In this document: piece after piece, positions 11,321 through 20,556 of the stretch
Numbering within the stretch: position 1 is the first letter of the stretch
Layout: each line of letters begins with the position of its first letter
Source of the DNA: Actinomycetota bacterium
GTDB taxonomy: Bacteria > Actinomycetota > Thermoleophilia > UBA2241
Assembly (NCBI GenBank): GCA_026392275.1
Contig: JAPLCM010000093.1
Coordinates: 1 to 60,450 of the forward strand
Direction of reading: 5' to 3'
Length of the DNA stretch: 60,450 bases
Notes under the pieces: generated by a model
Told to the model about the DNA's origin: nothing
The model's database searches: none
Seen by the model: only the letters and a program-made list of their open reading frames with translations
Program-made: the position numbers and the translations under genes

Positions 11321-12118
11321 ATGGAGCGGAAGGGCAGGGTCGAGGGCAAAGTCGCTCTCATCACGGGGGTCGCCAAGACCAACAGCATCGGCTTCAACAC
11401 GGCCAGGGTTTTCGGCGAGGAGGGCGCGCTGCTCGCCGTGGTCGACATCTCGCCCAAGGTGCACGCCTGCGCCGACGAGCTGCGCAAGGAAGGCTTCACG
11501 GTCTCGTCGCACACCGCCGACCTCACGAAGATGGACGAGGTGCGTAGGGCCGTGGCCGAAGCAGTCACCTGCCACGGCCGCATCGACGTGCTCGTGAACA
11601 ACGCCGGCATGGTCATCGAGGGCATGGACGAGGACTTCACCGATTTCGCCCACATGAGCGAGAAGGACTGGGACTTCGGCATCGCCATCAATCTCAAGAC
11701 CCAGTTCAACGTGACGCGCACCGTGATCGGCGGCATGATCGAACGTGGCTACGGCCGTATCGTCAACGTGTCGTCGGTCACCGGCCCGGTGGTGGCCAAC
11801 CCGGAGGAGGCGGTGTACTGCGCTGCCAAGGCCGGGGTGCTGGGCATGACCCGCGGGGTGGCACTCGACGTGGCCAAGCACGGCATCACCGTCAACGCCG
11901 TGGGCCCGGGCTGGATCAACACGGGCTCGACCACGGAGGGCGAGCGCGCCGGCGCGGAGAACACGCCCTTCGGCCGCGCCGCCACGCCGGCCGAGGTGGG
12001 CAAGCTCATCTGCTTCCTCGGCTCCGACGACGCGAGCTACATCACCGGGCAGCTCGTGGTGATCGACGGCGGCAACACGATCCAGGAGTACAAGGGGCCG
12101 AGCGAGCTGTACTACTGA
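11321..12118 (+). CDS. SDR-family oxidoreductase
   Basis: MERKGRVEGKVALITGVAKTNSIGF nucleotide-binding N-terminus, NNAG, and catalytic YCAAKAG (YxxxK). The ORF track starts at 11258; ATG 11321 fits family length better. Confidence 0.8.
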   Translation: MERKGRVEGKVALITGVAKTNSIGFNTARVFGEEGALLAVVDISPKVHACADELRKEGFTVSSHTADLTKMDEVRRAVAEAVTCHGRIDVLVNNAGMVIEGMDEDFTDFAHMSEKDWDFGIAINLKTQFNVTRTVIGGMIERGYGRIVNVSSVTGPVVANPEEAVYCAAKAGVLGMTRGVALDVAKHGITVNAVGPGWINTGSTTEGERAGAENTPFGRAATPAEVGKLICFLGSDDASYITGQLVVIDGGNTIQEYKGPSELYY

Positions 12119-12203
12119 GCCGCGCGGCGCCAATGGCGGGCTCCGGACGGCCGCTGTAAGCTAGGCGCATCGAAGGCCCGTTCATCGTATCCATGGGGGA
12201 CGC

Positions 12204-12992
12204 ATGAGCTGTGACATGGGCGGCAGGACGGTCGTCGTCAGCGGCGCGGCCGGGGGCATCGGCGCGGCCGTGACGCGGCGCTTCGCGGCCGCGGGCGCGA
12301 CCTTGGTGCTCGGTGATCTTGACGCCGTGGCCCTCGAAGAGCTCGCCGGCGAGGTCGCGGCGCTGACTACCGTCCACGCGCTCACCTGCGACGTCAGCGT
12401 GCCGGCCGACTGTCGGAATCTCATGGACACGGCGGCCGCAGACGCCGGCCGCGTGGACGTCGTCGTCAATACTGCCGGCGTCTGGACCGAGGGCCCCAGC
12501 GACCAGATCACCGAAGAGGAGTGGGACAAGGTCGTCGGCGTGAATCTCAAGGGCACCTTCTTCTGCTGCCGCTACGCGATCCCGCATCTCAAGAAGACCG
12601 AGGGCTGCATCGTCAATCTGAGCTCCGATGCCGGGGTGGTCGGCACGCCGGAGACGGCCGTGTACACGGCCTCCAAAGGCGGCGTGAGCCTGCTCACCAA
12701 GTCGCTCGCCCTCGAGCTGGCGCCGTTTCTGGTGCGCTGCGTCGCGGTATGCCCGGCGGACGTGATGACGCCCATGCTCGAGGGCCAGGCGCGCGACTTC
12801 GGCGGCGGCGACCCCGAGGGCTACTTCAAGCGCCTGCTCGCCAGCTATCCGCAGGGGTGCAAGGCACGCTTCATCACGCCCGAGCAGGTCGCCGAGCTCG
12901 TCTTCTACCTCGCCGGTCCCGCGGCCGCGCCCATCACCGGGGCGCTCATCAGCATCGACTACGGCACGACCGCCGGCTACGGCTACGAGTGA
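12204..12992 (+). CDS. SDR-family oxidoreductase
   Basis: VSGAAGGIGAA Rossmann motif, NTAG, and YTASKGG (YxxxK). GGGGGA Shine-Dalgarno-like run a few nt upstream of ATG 12204. Confidence 0.8.
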   Translation: MSCDMGGRTVVVSGAAGGIGAAVTRRFAAAGATLVLGDLDAVALEELAGEVAALTTVHALTCDVSVPADCRNLMDTAAADAGRVDVVVNTAGVWTEGPSDQITEEEWDKVVGVNLKGTFFCCRYAIPHLKKTEGCIVNLSSDAGVVGTPETAVYTASKGGVSLLTKSLALELAPFLVRCVAVCPADVMTPMLEGQARDFGGGDPEGYFKRLLASYPQGCKARFITPEQVAELVFYLAGPAAAPITGALISIDYGTTAGYGYE

Positions 12993-13070
12993 TGCGATGC
13001 GTCGCCGCCGCGCGCCTGCGCCGCCACGATATCGATTCCGTCATCCCACAGAAGGAGAGCGTGCCGGGCA

Positions 13071-14480
13071 ATGGCTGAGAAACCGTTCATCCACCCCTAC
13101 ATCCCCAACTCGGTGCCGGCCACCAAGCAGGCCATGCTCGACGAGCTTGGGCTGAGCAACGTCGAGGAGATCTACGCCGAGATCCCCGACCGCCTGCGCT
13201 GCAAGGCGCCTCTCGACATCCCGCCGGCGATACTCGCGGAGCGCGACCTGCGAAGGCACGTCCAGGGGCTGCTCGACAAGAACGCCTCCAGCGTCGACTA
13301 CCTCAACTTCTGCGGCGCCGGCTGCTGGCAGCACCACGTGCCGTCGATCGTCGACGAGGTCATCAATCGTGCCGAGTTCGTGAGCGCCTACTGCGGCGGC
13401 GACTACAGCGACCTCGGTAAGTACCTCGCGCGCTTCGAGTTCAACAGCATGCTCGGCGAGCTGCTCGACTACGATGCCGTCGCCAACCCGATCTACGACT
13501 GGGGCGACGTGGCCGGGCGTTCGTTTCGCATGGCCCGGCGCATCACCGGCCGCGACAAGGTGCTGGTGCCGTCGCACATGAGCCCGATGCGGCTTATGGA
13601 GGCGCGCACTCTGTGCCAGCCCGAGTCCATGGCGAACAGCACCAAGATCCGCTTCTACGAGTGGGACCGCGAGACCGGCATGGTCGACATGGACGACCTG
13701 CTTGCCAAGCTGGACGACTCCTTTGCCGCTGTCTACTGGGAGAGTCCGGGCTATCTCGGCACCATCGAGGCCCACGGCGCCGAGATCGTCAGGATCGCCC
13801 ACGAGCACGGCGCCCTGGCGATCGCCGGCGTCGACCCGATCACGCTCGGCGTGCTCGCGCCGCCCGGCGCCCTGGGCGCCGACATCGCCTGTGGCGACAT
13901 CCAGCCGCTCGGCATGCACATGCACGCCGGCGGCGGCTGCTCCGGCTTCATCGCCTTCAAGGACGACGACCCCGTGTTCGCCCAGGAGTGCCCGCTCGAG
14001 CTGTACACGGTCATGGAGACCGCCACCCCCGGCCAGTACGCCGTCGCCGAGGCGCTGGCCGAGCGCACCAGCTACGGGGCCCGCGACCAGGGCAAGGACT
14101 GGGTCGGCACGGCCTCGGGCCTCTGGACGATCGCCGCGGCCGTGTATATGGCGGTCATGGGCCCACAGGGCTTCAAGGAGCTCGGCGAGACCTGCCTCGC
14201 GCGCTCGCACTACGCGGCCAAGCTGCTCGGCGAGATCCCCGGCGTGCGTATCAAGCTCTCGCCGAGCTTCTTCAAGGAGTTCGTCGTCGACTTCTCCGGC
14301 ACCGGCAAGACGGTGGCCGAGATCAACAAGCTGCTGCTCGGCCACCAGATCTTCGGCGGCAGGGACCTTTCGGCCGAGTTCCCCGAGCTCGGCCAGAGCG
14401 CGCTCTTCTGCGTCACCGAGTACCACGACCAGGCCGACATCGGGAGCTTGGCTTTGGCTGTCAAGGAGGTGACGGAATGA
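13071..14480 (+). CDS. gcvPA: Glycine-dehydrogenase (P-protein) subunit 1-like protein
   Basis: N-terminus FIHPYIPNSVPATKQAMLDELGLSNVEEIYAEIPDRL matches the GcvPA pattern; 469 aa. The stop overlaps the start of the next gene (ATGA at 14477-14480). Confidence 0.8.
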   Translation: MAEKPFIHPYIPNSVPATKQAMLDELGLSNVEEIYAEIPDRLRCKAPLDIPPAILAERDLRRHVQGLLDKNASSVDYLNFCGAGCWQHHVPSIVDEVINRAEFVSAYCGGDYSDLGKYLARFEFNSMLGELLDYDAVANPIYDWGDVAGRSFRMARRITGRDKVLVPSHMSPMRLMEARTLCQPESMANSTKIRFYEWDRETGMVDMDDLLAKLDDSFAAVYWESPGYLGTIEAHGAEIVRIAHEHGALAIAGVDPITLGVLAPPGALGADIACGDIQPLGMHMHAGGGCSGFIAFKDDDPVFAQECPLELYTVMETATPGQYAVAEALAERTSYGARDQGKDWVGTASGLWTIAAAVYMAVMGPQGFKELGETCLARSHYAAKLLGEIPGVRIKLSPSFFKEFVVDFSGTGKTVAEINKLLLGHQIFGGRDLSAEFPELGQSALFCVTEYHDQADIGSLALAVKEVTE

Positions 14481-16084
14481 GCGAGACGCCGCAAGAAAAG
14501 GTCGCCCGTCTGGGCAGGCTGCGTCGCGACGGCGGCGTGCTGCGCGACTACCGCGCGCCGCGCTGGGACGAGCCGTTCATCATGGAGCAGGGCACGCCCG
14601 GCGAGCGCGGCATCCTCGTGCCGCTCGCCGAAGACGAGGTGACGGCGGCCGTGGGCGAGGCCGCGGACTACATCCCCGAGGGGATGGCCCGCGCGGCGGC
14701 CCCCGACCTGCCCGAAATGTCGCAGTACCAGGTCCTTCGCCACTACCTGCGCTACTCGCAGATGACGCTGGGCATGGACCTCGGCAGCGACATCAGCGAG
14801 GGCACCTGTACGATGAAGTACAGCCCCAAGATGCACGAGGAGCTGATCCGCGGGCACAAGGCCGCCGACGTCCACCCGTGGCAGGACGAAGACACCATGC
14901 AGGGGCTCCTCGAGATCGTCTACGAGACCGGTCAGTACCTGAAGTCCATCAGCGGCATGGACGCCTTCACGCTGCAGCCCGGCGGAGGCTCGCACGCGGT
15001 GTACACCAACGCGTGCGTCATGCGCCGCCACTTCGAGGCCAGGGGGGAGCTCGAGCAGCGGAGCGAGGTGATCACGACCATCTTTTCGCACCCCTGCGAC
15101 GCCGCCACGCCGATGGTTGCCGGTTTCAAGGTCATCACCGTGATGCCCGACGAGAACGGCTACCCCGACCTCGAGGCCTTCCGCGCCGCGGTGTCCGAGA
15201 AGACCGTGGGCTGCATGATCACCAACCCGGAGGACACCGGCATCTACAACCCGCAGATCGACAAGTACGTGCAGGTGCTCCACGACGCCGGCGCCCTGGC
15301 GTTCACCGACCAGGCCAACGCCAACGGCATCCTCGGCATCGCGAGGGCGCGCGATGCCGGCTTCGACGCCTGCCATTTCAACCTGCACAAGACCTTCTCG
15401 AGCCCGCACGGCTGTGAGGGCCCGGCCACCGGCGCCTACCTGTGCACTGAAGAGCTCGCCAGGTACCTGCCGGTGCCGCTGGTCACCAAGGTCGGCGACG
15501 CGTACCACCTCGACTACGAGCGCCCCGAGAGCATTGGCCGCGTGCGCGGCTTTCTCGGCAACTGGATGGGCGTCATCCGCGCCTACGCCTGGATCCGCAG
15601 CATGGGCCCCGAGGGCCTCAAGGAGGTCGCCGAGATCAGCGTCCTCAACAACAACTACCTCGACAACCTTCTGATGGCGATCAAGGGCGTGAGCCGGCCG
15701 TATGCCGAAGGCCACCGCCGGCTCGACCAGGTGCGCTACAGTCTGGAGCAGCTCAAGGAGGACACCGGCGTCGGCACCGAGGCCCTGCGCGACCGCATGG
15801 TCGACTTCGGCATCCAGAGCATGTGGATGAGCCATCACCCGTGGGTGGTGCCCGAGCCGTTCACGCCGGAACCGTGCGAGACCTACAGCAGAGACGACCT
15901 CGACGAGTGGGCGGCGGTCATCAAGAAGGGCAGCGACGAGGCCTATGCCGACCCGCAGTTCGTGCTCGATGCGCCGCACGCCCAGCCCATCGACCAACTG
16001 CGGCGCACCGAGGCCATGGAGGACCCGAACGAGTGGGCCTTCACCTGGCGCGCCTACAAGAAGAAGAACCTCAAGCAGGAGTAG
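14477..16084 (+). CDS. gcvPB: Glycine-dehydrogenase (P-protein) subunit 2-like, PLP-dependent, with an atypical loop after the PLP lysine
   Basis: NLHKTF PLP-lysine motif at 15380-15397 and an overall GcvPB-like length (535 aa). The true start is ATG 14477. The 13613 start in the ORF track is an out-of-gene extension across gcvPA. Stop codon is TAG. Confidence 0.8.
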   Translation: MSETPQEKVARLGRLRRDGGVLRDYRAPRWDEPFIMEQGTPGERGILVPLAEDEVTAAVGEAADYIPEGMARAAAPDLPEMSQYQVLRHYLRYSQMTLGMDLGSDISEGTCTMKYSPKMHEELIRGHKAADVHPWQDEDTMQGLLEIVYETGQYLKSISGMDAFTLQPGGGSHAVYTNACVMRRHFEARGELEQRSEVITTIFSHPCDAATPMVAGFKVITVMPDENGYPDLEAFRAAVSEKTVGCMITNPEDTGIYNPQIDKYVQVLHDAGALAFTDQANANGILGIARARDAGFDACHFNLHKTFSSPHGCEGPATGAYLCTEELARYLPVPLVTKVGDAYHLDYERPESIGRVRGFLGNWMGVIRAYAWIRSMGPEGLKEVAEISVLNNNYLDNLLMAIKGVSRPYAEGHRRLDQVRYSLEQLKEDTGVGTEALRDRMVDFGIQSMWMSHHPWVVPEPFTPEPCETYSRDDLDEWAAVIKKGSDEAYADPQFVLDAPHAQPIDQLRRTEAMEDPNEWAFTWRAYKKKNLKQE

Positions 16085-16096
16085 GAGAACCCCCGC

Positions 16097-16558
16097 GTGC
16101 GCCAGGACCTCACGGTCGGCCAGCGAGTGCTGCGCTCCATTGGCCTCACCATCCTGCTGATGACGGCTCTGGTGTGCGGCCTGCTCGCCTCCACGTATGC
16201 GACCGGCGACCGCTTCGGCGGGTGGCGGCAACCGCTCATCGTGGTGTCGCTCCTGCTCGCGTCGCTGGCGGCGTTCGTCATGACCATCGACGCCTTCGAC
16301 CTGTGGATGCGCGGCCGCCGGATCACCGCGTACAGCGTTCGCATGGTCCACTCGCTGGTGTTCGTCGCCATCCTCGTGGCGGTCGTCCTCAGCGCCGTCA
16401 CAGCGACGCCGGGGCTGCTGCTCGTGACGGCTCCGGCGCTGGTCATCTACCTCCTCACCGTGCTGAAGGCCCAGACGGCTTCGGGGCCGCGGCCGGCTCG
16501 TGGACGAGGGAGCTCGAGGAACGGCCGCCAGAAACGCGGCGGCAAGAAGCGCTCGTGA
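16097..16558 (+). CDS. Hypothetical small membrane protein with a basic C-terminal tail
   Basis: AGGAGA 7 nt upstream of GTG 16097. Four hydrophobic segments, then a Lys/Arg-rich tail (RGRGSSRNGRQKRGGKKRS). Confidence 0.55.
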   Translation: MRQDLTVGQRVLRSIGLTILLMTALVCGLLASTYATGDRFGGWRQPLIVVSLLLASLAAFVMTIDAFDLWMRGRRITAYSVRMVHSLVFVAILVAVVLSAVTATPGLLLVTAPALVIYLLTVLKAQTASGPRPARGRGSSRNGRQKRGGKKRS

Positions 16559-16568
16559 CGGCGCGGCC

Positions 16569-17765
16569 GTGAAGAGCCTCGGGCTGATCGTCAACCCGGT
16601 GGCCGGCGTAGGCGGCCGGGTGGGCCTCAAAGGCAGCGACGGCGCGGCGATCCTGCGGCGGGCACTCGAGCTGGGCGCGGTGCGAGACGCGCCGCGGCGC
16701 GCGCGCCAGGCGCTCGAGCGCCTGGCGCGCGTGCGCGATCACGTCGAGGTCGTCACCTGGCCGGGGGAGATGGGCGAAGACGAGGCACGCGCAGCCGGCT
16801 TTGACCCGCGCGTGCTGGGCACGTTCACCGGCCGTCCTACGTGGGCGGCCGCGGAGCGCGATCACGGCCACGACGGGTCCGCTCCGGGAGCGGCCGGCGA
16901 CTTCGTGCTGACGTCCCCGGCCGACACCGAGCAGGCGGCCCGCGAGTTGCTGGCCGCCGGCGTCGACCTCATCCTCTTCGCCGGCGGCGACGGCACGGCG
17001 CGCAACATCTGCAACGCGGTGGGCCAGCACGTGCCCGTGCTCGGCGTGCCGGCCGGCGTCAAGATCCACTCGGCCGTGTACGCCACGACGCCGGCCGCCG
17101 CCGGTGACGTGGCGGCGCTCTTCCTCCACGAACGCCCGGCGGGCGTGCGCCTGCGTGAGGGCGAGGTCATGGACATCGACGAGGAGGCCTTTCGCGAGAA
17201 CCGTCTTTCGGCGCACCTCTACGGCTACATGTCGGTCCCGTATGGCCGCGGGCTCACGCAGAGCGCCAAAGCCGGCGGAGTGGCCGGGGAGGAGCGCGCC
17301 CTGAACGACGTCGCCACCGAGGTGATCCGCGACATGAGCCCGGGCGCGTTGTACATCCTCGGCCCGGGCACGACCACGCGGACGATCATGACCCGCCTCG
17401 GCCTCGAGAAGACGCTGCTCGGCGTCGATGCCGTGTGCGACGGGGTCGTCGCAGGCAGCGACGTCACCGAGGACGACCTGCTGCGCCTCCTGCAGGCATA
17501 CCCGAGGGCTCATATCGTGGTCAGCGTGATCGGCGGCCAGGGCCACATCTTCGGGCGCGGCAACCAGCAGATCAGCCCCGACGTGATCCGGCGCGCGGGT
17601 CGATCCGGCGTCACGGTCGTCGCCACCCAGACCAAGCTTCTGTCGCTGGAGGGCCGGCCCTTGCTGGTCGATACCGGCGACCCGGCCCTCGATGCCGAGC
17701 TCCGCGGCTATGCCAAGGTCGTCAGCGGGCTCGGCGAACGCACGATGTACAAGGTCGGCGTGTAG
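16569..17765 (+). CDS. ATP-NAD kinase family protein (COG3199/AcoX-like)
   Basis: VKSLGLIVNPVAGVGGRVGLKGSDG N-terminus and the GGDGTARN motif. GTG 16569 chosen because the upstream part of ORF 16500.. overlaps the preceding gene. Stop codon is TAG. Confidence 0.7.
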   Translation: MKSLGLIVNPVAGVGGRVGLKGSDGAAILRRALELGAVRDAPRRARQALERLARVRDHVEVVTWPGEMGEDEARAAGFDPRVLGTFTGRPTWAAAERDHGHDGSAPGAAGDFVLTSPADTEQAARELLAAGVDLILFAGGDGTARNICNAVGQHVPVLGVPAGVKIHSAVYATTPAAAGDVAALFLHERPAGVRLREGEVMDIDEEAFRENRLSAHLYGYMSVPYGRGLTQSAKAGGVAGEERALNDVATEVIRDMSPGALYILGPGTTTRTIMTRLGLEKTLLGVDAVCDGVVAGSDVTEDDLLRLLQAYPRAHIVVSVIGGQGHIFGRGNQQISPDVIRRAGRSGVTVVATQTKLLSLEGRPLLVDTGDPALDAELRGYAKVVSGLGERTMYKVGV

Positions 17766-17867
17766 ACACACGTTCCCTGCGTCTCTAGACGCCCGTACCA
17801 TCCTTCTCCGGGTCCATTGGGTCGATGCTCTGCGTAAGGCAATGAGTTTCGGAATTGCGAGGCGACG

Positions 17868-18941
17868 GTGAACGACTGGGCCAAGATGATGATGGAGCAG
17901 GAAGCGCCATCCCCGGACGGGCTCGGGCAGGACTACTGGCTGGCGGCGCAACTGCCGTACGCGGTGCGCCAGCGCATCGAGATCGTGTTTGAGGTCCTGT
18001 CGCACCTGCCGCTCAAGCAGCCAGTCGCCGTTGTCTCGGACGCCGGCAAGACGATCGCTTTCAACGCGTCGCTGCTCGAGCTTGTGGGCGGCGCGAGCAG
18101 CGACCTTCTGGAGCGGCACTGGTCCGGCGTCATGCCCGGGTGGCCCGACCGTGCTCGCGGCTTTCGCCGCGAGGGCGAACAGGTCTTCGAGGAACATCTT
18201 GGGCGCCCCGGTGGTGAACGGGTCTGGGTGCGCGTCTCGCTGGGGCCGGTGGTCGAGCGTGGCGAGCCTCGGGCGATGGCATACCTGCTGTTCATCAGCA
18301 AGCCGGACGTCGAGACCATCGACCACGACGAGGTCCGCCGCTTGCGCAAGAGCCTGCAACTGCTGGCCGACATGCAGACCGATTTCGTCGTCGAGGTCGA
18401 CCGTGACGGCGTGATGACGTTCGTGAGCCCGTCGTTCTGCCGCGCCGTCGGCGCGGCAGAGAAGGAACTTGTGGGCTGCGAGTTCACGTCGCGGGTGTGC
18501 GCCGACGACCGCGCCGCCGCTGTGGCCTCACTGGCCGAGGCCCTCAAGCCGCCGTTCAGCGGCGAGATGAGGGCGCGCCTCGCCGCCGAGCCGGGCAAGC
18601 ACCTGGCCTGGCAGATCGACGCCGTCATCGGCGACGGTATCGTGGGCCTGGATCTGGTGGGGCGTGCGGGGGCTGCGGACCTGCCGGCGGAGCCGGCCGC
18701 CTCGGCCGTCGCCGCGGAGCCCGCGGCCGACACCGCGCCGCCGGCGCTGGAGGACCCGCGTCTGGAGACGATCCGCACGTGCCTCGAGAAGCTGGCGCCG
18801 GGCGACCAGGCCGGCTTCATGGCGCTGGCCAGGGCGGTGGCCGACGCGGCCGGCGCCGAGTGCGTGCTCTACAACGTCATGCGCGGCGATGCTGTGGAGA
18901 CTGCGGTGGGCTGGCGACTGCCCCCGCCCGACCCCTCGTGA
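17868..18941 (+). CDS. PAS-like sensor protein without an output domain
   Basis: Two PAS-like segments (VAVVSDAGKTIAFNASLLELVG.. and VVEVDRDGVMTFVSPSFCRAVG..ELVG). The C-terminus resembles the start of a GAF domain and then stops. Confidence 0.5.
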   Translation: MNDWAKMMMEQEAPSPDGLGQDYWLAAQLPYAVRQRIEIVFEVLSHLPLKQPVAVVSDAGKTIAFNASLLELVGGASSDLLERHWSGVMPGWPDRARGFRREGEQVFEEHLGRPGGERVWVRVSLGPVVERGEPRAMAYLLFISKPDVETIDHDEVRRLRKSLQLLADMQTDFVVEVDRDGVMTFVSPSFCRAVGAAEKELVGCEFTSRVCADDRAAAVASLAEALKPPFSGEMRARLAAEPGKHLAWQIDAVIGDGIVGLDLVGRAGAADLPAEPAASAVAAEPAADTAPPALEDPRLETIRTCLEKLAPGDQAGFMALARAVADAAGAECVLYNVMRGDAVETAVGWRLPPPDPS

Positions 18942-19075
18942 AACCTTCGCGTTTGCTAACTTGACACTGGAAATCAGCGCCTGAGGTTATACAATATCCC
19001 TCACAGGACGCCTGTGGAGGGTATCTTCCTTTGCGCCGCAGGCGCGAAAGCCGCACCTCAAGGAGAAGGAACAGC

Positions 19076-20374
19076 ATGAAGGCTCTCGTTGTCGGCACCG
19101 GTGGTGTGGGCCAGTCCATCGCCGCGATCGCCAGGCGTCGCGACCCCAAGGGTGAGTGGCTCGAGAAGATGGTCATGGCCGATTACGACGGCGAGCGCGC
19201 CGCCGATTTCGTGGCCAGGCTGAGCGATCCGCGTTTCGTCGCCGAGCAGATCGACGCCGGCGACGCCGACGCCGTGGCCGCGCTCGCCACGAAGCACGGC
19301 GTCGACATCCTCATGAACCTGTGCGCGCCGAACTTCAACCCGCCGCTCCTGCAGGCCGCGCTCAAGGCGAAGGTCCACTATCTCGACACCGCCATGACGC
19401 TCAGCAAGCCGCACCCGACCGACCCCATGCACAAGTGCGGCGTCAAGCTCGGTGACGAGGAGTACGCTCTCAGCCCCGAGTTTGAGAAGATCGGCAAGTA
19501 CGCGCTCGCCGGCTTCGGCGTCGAGCCCGGGATGGCCGACTACTTCGCGCGGTACGCCGCCGATCACCTTTTCGACGAGATCGACGAGATCGGCATCCGC
19601 GACGGCAGCAACCTCGAGATCCCGGGGGCCAAGGGCATCAGCTTCGGGTTCAGCGTGTGGACGACGATCGAGGAGTGCAACAACCCCGCCGTCGTGTACG
19701 AGAACGGCGAGGTCCACACCATCGAGCCTTTCGCCGAGCTCGAGGACTTCTGGCTGCCCGAGGGCATTGGCGAGGTCGAGGTCGGCCACGTCGAGCACGA
19801 AGAGGTGATCCAGATCGCCCACAACGCCGATCGCCTCAAGGGCGTCAAGAAGGCCACCTTCAAGTACGCCCTCGGCGACGAGTTCATGCAGGCCATGGAG
19901 GTCTTCCGCTCGGTCAACATCGACAAGGCCGAGAAGATCACGGTCGGCGACGTCATGGTCGCCCCGCGCGACGTCATCGCCGCCGCCGCCCCCGACCCCA
20001 ACGAGATCGGCAAGCAGTACGTCGGCCAGACGGCGGCCGGCACCTACGTCACGGGCAAGAAGGATGGCCTCGAGCGCAAGGTGTACCTCTACCAGGTCGC
20101 CGACAACAAGGAGTGCGTCGAGAAGTACGGCACCCAGGTCGTGGTCGCCCAGACCGCCTTCACGCCGGTCATCACCATCGAGCTGCTCGCCAAGGGTAGC
20201 CTCGGCAGTAAGCCGGGCGACCCGAAGTCGGGGGTGCACAACCCCGAGGCGTTCAATGCCGACGACTACGTCGCCCTCATGCCGGCCTACGAGTTCCCCG
20301 GCGGCTTCCTCGAGATGGAGTCCGAGTTCAAGCTCGCTCAGGACCGCAAGACCCTGCTCGACCTGGCCAGGTAG
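19076..20374 (+). CDS. Saccharopine dehydrogenase family NAD(P)-binding protein
   Basis: MKALVVGTGGVGQSIA Rossmann N-terminus and the family-typical FGVEPGMADYF segment. AAGGAGAAGGA Shine-Dalgarno upstream of ATG 19076. Stop codon is TAG. Confidence 0.75.
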   Translation: MKALVVGTGGVGQSIAAIARRRDPKGEWLEKMVMADYDGERAADFVARLSDPRFVAEQIDAGDADAVAALATKHGVDILMNLCAPNFNPPLLQAALKAKVHYLDTAMTLSKPHPTDPMHKCGVKLGDEEYALSPEFEKIGKYALAGFGVEPGMADYFARYAADHLFDEIDEIGIRDGSNLEIPGAKGISFGFSVWTTIEECNNPAVVYENGEVHTIEPFAELEDFWLPEGIGEVEVGHVEHEEVIQIAHNADRLKGVKKATFKYALGDEFMQAMEVFRSVNIDKAEKITVGDVMVAPRDVIAAAAPDPNEIGKQYVGQTAAGTYVTGKKDGLERKVYLYQVADNKECVEKYGTQVVVAQTAFTPVITIELLAKGSLGSKPGDPKSGVHNPEAFNADDYVALMPAYEFPGGFLEMESEFKLAQDRKTLLDLAR

Positions 20375-20556
20375 GGCGTGCCCTAGGACGCCCCCGGCCG
20401 CGACAGCATCTCCTTCTGCTCGCGGTCGGCGTCCCGGGGCCGGAGCTCATGTGGGGGCTGGGCGGCGCGCTCGCCGCCCATCCCGGCGCCTCGCCTGCCG
20501 GCGCCGCTTCGTCGAGGAGGAGTGAGCCGGCCCGGCGGGCCCCGCGTCGCCTGGGC

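Noticed and set aside
13613-14476. N-terminal extension of the gcvPB-like ORF (ORF track 13613..16084, 823 aa)
   Set aside because: The extension is an out-of-frame read across gcvPA with Arg/Pro-rich sequence. The ATGA-coupled ATG at 14477 gives a GcvPB-length protein.
13041-18359. Large antisense ORFs 13041..14426, 14210..16630 and 16455..18359 (up to 806 aa)
   Set aside because: Same GC-shadow composition. They overlap well-supported plus-strand genes (gcvPA/PB-like and NAD-kinase-like).
20376-20556. Terminator hairpins between the convergent saccharopine-dehydrogenase and diguanylate-cyclase genes
   Set aside because: Several short imperfect GC stems exist (for example gggcgt...acgccc at about 20376-20396). 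None is long, perfect or followed by a U-tract, so I did not list them as features.
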